A DNA stretch of 64,000 bases, from NCBI GenBank assembly GCA_964473815.1, contig CAYYQK010000004.1:68493-132492 (forward strand), written 5' to 3'. This stretch comes from an uncultured Candidatus Saccharibacteria bacterium. GTDB lineage: Bacteria > Patescibacteriota > Doudnabacteria > UBA920. The translations under genes were made by a program, and so were the position numbers. The notes under the pieces were generated by a model. It was given only the letters and a program-made list of their open reading frames with translations. It was not told the DNA's origin and searched no databases. Of the stretch, positions 58,432 through 64,000 are shown in pieces; position 1 is the stretch's first letter, and the number at the start of each line of letters is the position of its first letter.

Positions 58432-58992
58432 ATGGATTTAAACGATGTAAAACTCGGCGCGATCGTGCTGATGAACGGCGAGCCTTTTCAGGTGATCTGG
58501 TCAAACCGAATGCGCACAGCTCAGCGCAAACCAGTAATGCAAGCCAAATTGCGCAATGTAATCACTGGAAAAGTGTTGGAATACAGCTTCAAGTTCGGTG
58601 AAAAAGTGGAAGGTGCGAACGTAACTCGTGAAAACGCTAATTTCCTTTACGCTGATGAAGGCGGTACGCACTTTATGAACAACGAAACTTTTGAAACCAT
58701 CGACTTTCCAAAAGAAGTCACTGCGGAACAGGAACCTTTTTTGAAAGAAGAGACTAAGGTTCAAGTATTACGATTTAACGGCAAGCCTGTTTCGATTGAA
58801 CTGCCGATTAAAGTAGATTTAAAAGTTGTCGAGGCACCTCCGGGGATCACTGGCAACAGCGGTGGTAACGTTACCAAGCCTGTGAAATTAGAAACTGGGT
58901 TGGTAGTGAACGCACCAATGTTCATCAAAGAAGGTGAAGTTGTACGCATCGACACCCGCGACGGAGTTTACGTCGAACGCGTAAATAACTAA
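58432..58992 (+). CDS. efp: Elongation factor P
   Basis: KPVKLETG..V..P.FIKEGE..RIDTRDGVYVER; loop reads RTAQRK rather than KPGKG. Confidence 0.92.
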   Translation: MDLNDVKLGAIVLMNGEPFQVIWSNRMRTAQRKPVMQAKLRNVITGKVLEYSFKFGEKVEGANVTRENANFLYADEGGTHFMNNETFETIDFPKEVTAEQEPFLKEETKVQVLRFNGKPVSIELPIKVDLKVVEAPPGITGNSGGNVTKPVKLETGLVVNAPMFIKEGEVVRIDTRDGVYVERVNN

Positions 58993-59012
58993 AGCTGACA
59001 GTCATTTAAATT

Positions 59013-59039
59013 AAAAAGACCCGCGACGGGTCTTTTTTT
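59013..59039. terminator. Bidirectional intrinsic terminator
   Basis: AAAAAGACCCG-CGA-CGGGTCTTTTTT. Confidence 0.8.
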
Positions 59040-59045
59040 AAATTG

Positions 59046-59438
59046 CTAGGCGGCTTTTTTCATACCTTTACCCAGAGTGCTTCTTACGGAACCTAATTTT
59101 CTATTAAGTTCATTGTATTGTTTTTCAAGCTCTGTATATTTTTGGGAGGAGTCGCCCCCCTTTAACCAACGCCCTAAGAAATTCTGGCTTTTAAATTCCT
59201 CCAAAGCCTGATTCTTCTGTGCTCCTAAATCGATTAAGGCTTGTTCAGCATCTTCGAGGGTATCAAAGCCTAAATCTTCAGTTAAAATTTTGACGGCTTG
59301 CTCTTTAGCATCGTATCTTTTCTCTGGAAATTCAACTACGTTATTGCTGAATTTTTCTTTTAATTCATTATATAAAGCTGGGTTATGTTCGGGCTGGTTT
59401 AGTTCTGGCTGAAATGCCGGCATTTCTCCGTGAGGCAT
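59046..59438 (-). CDS. Hypothetical protein
   Basis: 130-aa ORF directly after the trxB-like gene. Confidence 0.65.
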   Translation of the reverse strand: MPHGEMPAFQPELNQPEHNPALYNELKEKFSNNVVEFPEKRYDAKEQAVKILTEDLGFDTLEDAEQALIDLGAQKNQALEEFKSQNFLGRWLKGGDSSQKYTELEKQYNELNRKLGSVRSTLGKGMKKAA

Positions 59439-59442
59439 AAAA

Positions 59443-60357
59443 TTATTTTAATTTTGTTAAATAGTTTGCAGCGGCCATGGCAGCTTTAGCGCCTTCGCCT
59501 GCGCCAATAATAATTTGATCGCCCCAGGCATCATTAATGTCACCGGCTGCAAAAATCCCCGGGACTGAGGTTTGCAAATTGTTATCTACCATAATTTCTC
59601 CGAGATGATTCTTCTCAACCAAATTGGCGAAGTCCGCGCTTGGCACATAACCGATTTCCACAAACACACCCTGAACCGCTAAATCTTCGGCGGCTTTACC
59701 CAGCGGTTGAATCGAAATTCCTTCCACACTATCTTTGCCAGAAATTTTCGTCACCCTGGTCTGTGAATAGATTTTGATGTTTGACAAATGCATAATTTTA
59801 TCTTTCACGACTGCCTCACCATTAAAATCTGTTCCTATGTTAATCACATAAACCTGCTTGGCAACTTTGGACAGCGAACAAATGGCGTCCATGGCGCTGT
59901 TCCCTGCGCCAACCACGGCAACTGTTTTGTTTTTATATAGTGGAGCGTCACAGGTTGGACAAACCGCAACTCCGCGACCAAACAATTCTTTTTCGCCAGG
60001 TACACCGAGGTGTCGCGGCACTTTCCCTGACGCTATGATAACCGTTTTCGAATAATACACATTCCCCGTGCTATCCTCCACTGCCAAACTGGTAATATTT
60101 TTTTCTATCTTAGAAACAGTCACATCGAGTTTAACCTGCAAATCTTCTTTTAAAGAAGTCATATGCTCCTGAAATTTAAGTGCTAAATCTGCGCCGGAAA
60201 TCATTGAATAACCCGTGTAGTTTTCCACGTCTGCGCTCCAGATCATTTGGCCACCCAATTCTTTAGCCAACACTAGGGTATTCATTTTGCGACGAGCCGC
60301 GTAAATTGCGGCGGTCATGCCAGCTGGTCCTGCTCCAACAATTATGCAATCGTACAT
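59443..60357 (-). CDS. Thioredoxin reductase-like FAD-dependent oxidoreductase (TrxB/AhpF-C family)
   Basis: GAGPAG, CPTCD, GAGNSA, FAAGD. Confidence 0.9.
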   Translation of the reverse strand: MYDCIIVGAGPAGMTAAIYAARRKMNTLVLAKELGGQMIWSADVENYTGYSMISGADLALKFQEHMTSLKEDLQVKLDVTVSKIEKNITSLAVEDSTGNVYYSKTVIIASGKVPRHLGVPGEKELFGRGVAVCPTCDAPLYKNKTVAVVGAGNSAMDAICSLSKVAKQVYVINIGTDFNGEAVVKDKIMHLSNIKIYSQTRVTKISGKDSVEGISIQPLGKAAEDLAVQGVFVEIGYVPSADFANLVEKNHLGEIMVDNNLQTSVPGIFAAGDINDAWGDQIIIGAGEGAKAAMAAANYLTKLK

Positions 60358-60364
60358 GCACTAA

Positions 60365-61588
60365 TTATACCATCTTCTCGCTGATTCTTTGCAGTGCCAC
60401 GATGTACGCTGCGGTACGAAGTGTTGTGTTGTATTTCTTTGCAGCGTCGTGCACTGCAGCAAAGGCGGCAACCATGTGTTCATCAAGTTTTTTAAGCACA
60501 TCTTCCTTGCTCCACTTTTCATTATTCTGATTCTGATACCATTCAAAATAACTCACACACACTCCTCCGCTGTTTGCCAAAATGTCTGGCACAACTGTGA
60601 CGCTATTTTGGGCGAAAATGGCATCAGCTTCTGGAGTAGTCGGCCCATTGGCCATTTCTAAAATAAATTTGGCTTTGATTTTGCTAGCATTGTCGCCAGT
60701 CAAAACATTCTCTAACGCTGCCGGCACTAACACATCAACATCGAGTTCCAGTAATGCTTCATTGGTAATTTCTGTTGTTCCTTCCAGTCCTTTAAGTGCC
60801 CCAGTTTCTTTTTTATGCGCTTCAGCCGCAGCAACATCAATTCCATTTTCGTTAAATACACCGCCCTTACTGTCGGACAAAGCAACAATTTTAAAACCCT
60901 TTTCTTTAACATGTTCGGCTAAATATGTGGCAACATTTCCAAAGCCCTGAATGGCAATAGTTTTGCGATCACCTGAAACAAGGCCAGCGTTAATAGCTTC
61001 TCTCAAAACATAAGCCCCACCAAAACCAGTCGCCTCAGTACGGCCTTCGCTGCCGCCGTCATCGAGTGACTTACCGGTAATCACACCCGGCGCAGTAGTG
61101 CCGGAAAGTTTTTCGTATTCTTGGCGCATCCAACCCATGATTTGCCCATTAGTGTTTACATCTGGCGCTGGTACATCAATTTCAGGACCAAAGTTCCGCC
61201 ACATTTGCCGCATGTATCCACGACTAAGTCGTTCAAGTTCGCCTTCTGAAAGTTCTTTTGGATTAACGATGATCCCACCCTTACCGCCGCCAAAAGGAAC
61301 ATCAACCACTGCATTTTTAAAAGTCATCCAAAAACTTAATGCTCGCACTTCGTCCAAATTTACATCCTGATGATAACGAATTCCGCCTTTGTAAGGCCCA
61401 CGCGCGTTATTGTGTTGCGACCGAAATCCAGTGAAAATCTTTTGCTGGCCATTATCCAACAACACCGGTATAGAAACTTCGATATAGCGATCAGGATTCT
61501 TGAGTCGTTCTACTATATTAGCGTCCGCGCCCATTACTTTCGCGGCTGCGTCGAGCTGCGACTTCGCTGATTCAAATGGATTATTCAT
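60365..61588 (-). CDS. gdhA: Glu/Leu/Phe/Val dehydrogenase (glutamate dehydrogenase)
   Basis: GPYKGGIRY, GGGKGG, PAPDVNT, QGFGNV, EMANGP, SYFEW. Confidence 0.93.
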   Translation of the reverse strand: MNNPFESAKSQLDAAAKVMGADANIVERLKNPDRYIEVSIPVLLDNGQQKIFTGFRSQHNNARGPYKGGIRYHQDVNLDEVRALSFWMTFKNAVVDVPFGGGKGGIIVNPKELSEGELERLSRGYMRQMWRNFGPEIDVPAPDVNTNGQIMGWMRQEYEKLSGTTAPGVITGKSLDDGGSEGRTEATGFGGAYVLREAINAGLVSGDRKTIAIQGFGNVATYLAEHVKEKGFKIVALSDSKGGVFNENGIDVAAAEAHKKETGALKGLEGTTEITNEALLELDVDVLVPAALENVLTGDNASKIKAKFILEMANGPTTPEADAIFAQNSVTVVPDILANSGGVCVSYFEWYQNQNNEKWSKEDVLKKLDEHMVAAFAAVHDAAKKYNTTLRTAAYIVALQRISEKMV

Positions 61589-61610
61589 AAATTTATATTA
61601 AATTTATTTC

Positions 61611-62540
61611 TTAAATCTTTGCCTGTTCGGATAAATATTTTTCCGCATCAAGTGCGGCCTTGCATCCTTCGCCCGCAGAAGTTACAGCCTGTCGATAGCG
61701 GTGGTCATGCACATCCCCTGCTACAAACACCCCTTCAATGTTGGTTTGGGTAAATTCTTTGCTCAAAATATAGCCCATCGAGTCGACTTCCACGCCAGCT
61801 TCTTGGAAAATCTTTGATGCCGGTGAATGACCAATGGCCACGAAGTATCCTTGCGCTGCAATCTCTCGCTCTTCACCAGTTTCGTTGTCACGCACGCGCA
61901 AACCGCTAAACGAGTCTTCTCCTAATATGTCTACTACTGTAACATTAGTCACAAATGAAATCTTTGGATTGTCCTGTGCCCGCTTCAACATAATTTTCGA
62001 TGCCTTAAAATTGTTGCTGCGATTTACAATCGTTACTGTCTTGCCAAACTTTGTTAAGAAAGTAGCTTCTTCCATGGCACTATCACCACCACCAATTACC
62101 ACAATATCTAAATCTTTAAAAAAGAAGCCATCACATGTTGCGCAAGCAGTCACGCCACGGCCTCGCAAACGAGTTTCGTTTTCTAAGCCCAACCATTTAA
62201 CCTCGGCACCAGTCGCAATAATTACAGATTCGGCTTGGTATTCGTTGCTATCTGTTTTTACTTTGAATGGCTTGCTAGAAAAATCCGCACTAACCACACT
62301 TTCCTGCACAATTTTTGCGCCAAAACGTTCAGCCTGCTTAGTCATGTTCTGCATCAATTCCGGGCCTTGAATGGCTTCAGGGAATCCAGGAAAATTTTCT
62401 ACGTCAGTGGTAATTGTTAACTGGCCGCCGGGTTGTATTCCGGAAATTACTAATGGCTCCATTTCCGCGCGTGCGGCATATAACGCGGCAGTTAGTCCTG
62501 CTGGTCCACTCCCAATTATTAATACTTTATTTGTGTCCAT
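61611..62540 (-). CDS. trxB: Thioredoxin-disulfide reductase
   Basis: GSGPAG, GGQLTITTDVENFPG, CATCDG, GGGDSAMEEA, YRQAVT. Confidence 0.97.
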   Translation of the reverse strand: MDTNKVLIIGSGPAGLTAALYAARAEMEPLVISGIQPGGQLTITTDVENFPGFPEAIQGPELMQNMTKQAERFGAKIVQESVVSADFSSKPFKVKTDSNEYQAESVIIATGAEVKWLGLENETRLRGRGVTACATCDGFFFKDLDIVVIGGGDSAMEEATFLTKFGKTVTIVNRSNNFKASKIMLKRAQDNPKISFVTNVTVVDILGEDSFSGLRVRDNETGEEREIAAQGYFVAIGHSPASKIFQEAGVEVDSMGYILSKEFTQTNIEGVFVAGDVHDHRYRQAVTSAGEGCKAALDAEKYLSEQAKI

Positions 62541-62553
62541 ATATTTCGTCTTT

Positions 62554-62823
62554 CTATTTCTTTGAATAAATCTTGATAATTTCCTGAACTGCTTCTTTGC
62601 GTTTACTTGGGCTTGAGCTTTTTGCATCGAGTACACATTCACCCAGATATCCTTCCAGAACCAGAGTGTTAACTTTCTTCATCGCCTCTATTACCGCGTG
62701 TCCCTGGTTTAGGATATCCATGCAGTAAGCGCCCTTGTCGACCATGTCGGCCACGGCTCGTACATGCCCTTCAATGTAGCGTAACCGCTTCACTAAATCG
62801 GCTTTATTTTCTATTTTCGACAT
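62554..62823 (-). CDS. CsoR/RcnR-family repressor (Cys-Tyr-Cys variant)
   Basis: RLRYIEGHVRAV..MV...YCMDILNQ...LEGYLGECV. Confidence 0.85.
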   Translation of the reverse strand: MSKIENKADLVKRLRYIEGHVRAVADMVDKGAYCMDILNQGHAVIEAMKKVNTLVLEGYLGECVLDAKSSSPSKRKEAVQEIIKIYSKK

Positions 62824-62863
62824 AAATTATTGATAAATTCTTAAAATTTCAATTTCTCTTCGT

Positions 62864-62880
62864 ACCCCCCACAGGGGGGT
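62864..62880. promoter_or_regulatory. Putative CsoR-family operator
   Basis: Perfect inverted repeat ACCCCCC-ACA-GGGGGGT just downstream of a minus-strand TTGACA-18-TAATAT promoter. Confidence 0.7.
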
Positions 62881-62990
62881 CTATATTTGTATATTACTCT
62901 CCCCTCTTGACTTCTGTCAAATTAAGGAGTATACTCTAGCGTCCGGTGCGTTTCCAGTGCCGGAAATTAACGGAGGGCGGAAAGGACTCT

Positions 62991-63200
62991 ATGACAGTTC
63001 ACAAAGCTATGCGGACTGTAGCCGCAGCCACCAAAGCTGCGCACGTCCATCAGATGCTGGGCGTAGTAATTATAGTGGCGCACGCATCTGAAATCGCCCG
63101 AGTGGTGATGGAAATCAACATCTGGCATCTGGCCACAGCGCTGACACTATTCAGCATCTGGATGGCCACCACCAAAGGAGGATTGTCCGAACTGGCATAG
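62991..63200 (+). CDS. Small hydrophobic hypothetical protein (orphan, SD)
   Basis: TTGACT-17-TATACT promoter, AAGGA SD, His-containing hydrophobic helices, terminator about 63210-63243. Confidence 0.55.
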   Translation: MTVHKAMRTVAAATKAAHVHQMLGVVIIVAHASEIARVVMEINIWHLATALTLFSIWMATTKGGLSELA

Positions 63201-63279
63201 AGCCAAGCTAAGCCGCTACATTTTGTAGCCGGCTTTTCTTTTTATCGTGATATAATAAACACATCATTAATTTTTACAA

Positions 63280-63762
63280 ATGGAACAAACACCTCCTGCT
63301 GGGCAAACCAGCAATTTGCCAGGACTCGAAGGAATCTTTGATACTTACCTGCGCATCAAATCGCCAGTCCAACTGCCTGAAAAAGCTCGGGAATGGATCG
63401 TGAAATACGGTCCGTGGATTAGTTTAGTTTTGTTAATTATTAGCGGATTAGTACTTATACCTCTTCTGATAATCGCCTTGGGTATGACTGCGGTCACGTT
63501 ACCTTTTGCTGCCCTAGCCGGTGCCACAGCAACAACGATGTGGGGTTGGGTTCATATCGCACTCTCACTTGTTGTGATTGTGATGGAAGCCATTGCCATC
63601 CCTGCATTACTAAAACGCAAGCTATCTGGTTGGAAAATGATTTACTACGCTTCCCTACTTTCGTTTGTTTCTTCAGTTTTGGGAATGGCTTGGGTTAGCG
63701 CGATCGTTGGTTTAATAATCGGCATGTTCATCTTGTTCCAAATCCGTTCGAAATATCAATAA
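63280..63762 (+). CDS. Hypothetical integral membrane protein
   Basis: LP..AREWIVKYGPW, four hydrophobic segments, GW..YY, LFQIRS.Y. Confidence 0.8.
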   Translation: MEQTPPAGQTSNLPGLEGIFDTYLRIKSPVQLPEKAREWIVKYGPWISLVLLIISGLVLIPLLIIALGMTAVTLPFAALAGATATTMWGWVHIALSLVVIVMEAIAIPALLKRKLSGWKMIYYASLLSFVSSVLGMAWVSAIVGLIIGMFILFQIRSKYQ

Positions 63763-63847
63763 CTCAAATTTTTAAAAAGCCGGCTAACCATGCCGGTTTT
63801 TTGTTAAAAGTAGTATAATATAGACAAGAATCAATAATACAAAAACA

Positions 63848-64000
63848 ATGAAAAAAGTTTCTATAGTTTGGATTATTTTAATCCAATGGGTATTGGCTTT
63901 CGAATGGCTTCACTCGGGGTGGGGCAAATGGATCAAGCCTGATTTTATGGCAGGGATCTCCGGGACTCTGAGTACCTTTGCTTCTAAAACTCCCCACTTG
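63848..64000 (+). CDS. DoxX-like membrane protein, partial (runs off window)
   Basis: MKKVSIVWIILIQWVLAFEWLHSGWGKW..; the W..SG..K pattern fits DoxX-type proteins. Confidence 0.55.
   Translation, partial: MKKVSIVWIILIQWVLAFEWLHSGWGKWIKPDFMAGISGTLSTFASKTPHL

Overview
64 kb of a reduced bacterial chromosome, most consistent with a Patescibacteria/CPR organism (inferred from gene content and the order lepB-hisS-like-hit-rpsU-yqeY-ftsA-ftsZ and secG-oppA-like, and from long C-terminal tails on bS6 and FtsZ). Standard genetic code. Mostly housekeeping: hisS, ftsAZ, rpsU, lepB, der, pth, dprA, topA, hrcA-grpE-dnaK-dnaJ with a perfect CIRCE, uvrA, uvrC, secG, rnj, trpS, ychF, rpsF-ssb-rpsR-efp, two trxB genes, gdhA and three tRNAs. 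No CRISPR array, IS, integrase or prophage was seen. Main unexplained signals: (1) a non-canonical tRNA-Arg(ACG) whose 3' trailer has four segments complementary to its own anticodon, T and D arms in non-collinear order; (2) split translation initiation: many housekeeping genes look leaderless or SD-less, while rpsU, rpsF and about 15 interspersed orphan ORFs have strong Shine-Dalgarno sites; (3) a promoter- and terminator-bounded structured RNA showing an anti-SD sequence in a hairpin loop; (4) a catalytically eroded but intact second HisRS; (5) three tandem small C-C-H-C zinc-finger-like orphans; (6) a membrane-anchored protein with a beta-barrel-like C-terminus. All calls come from reading the sequence and ORF track by eye; no searches were run.
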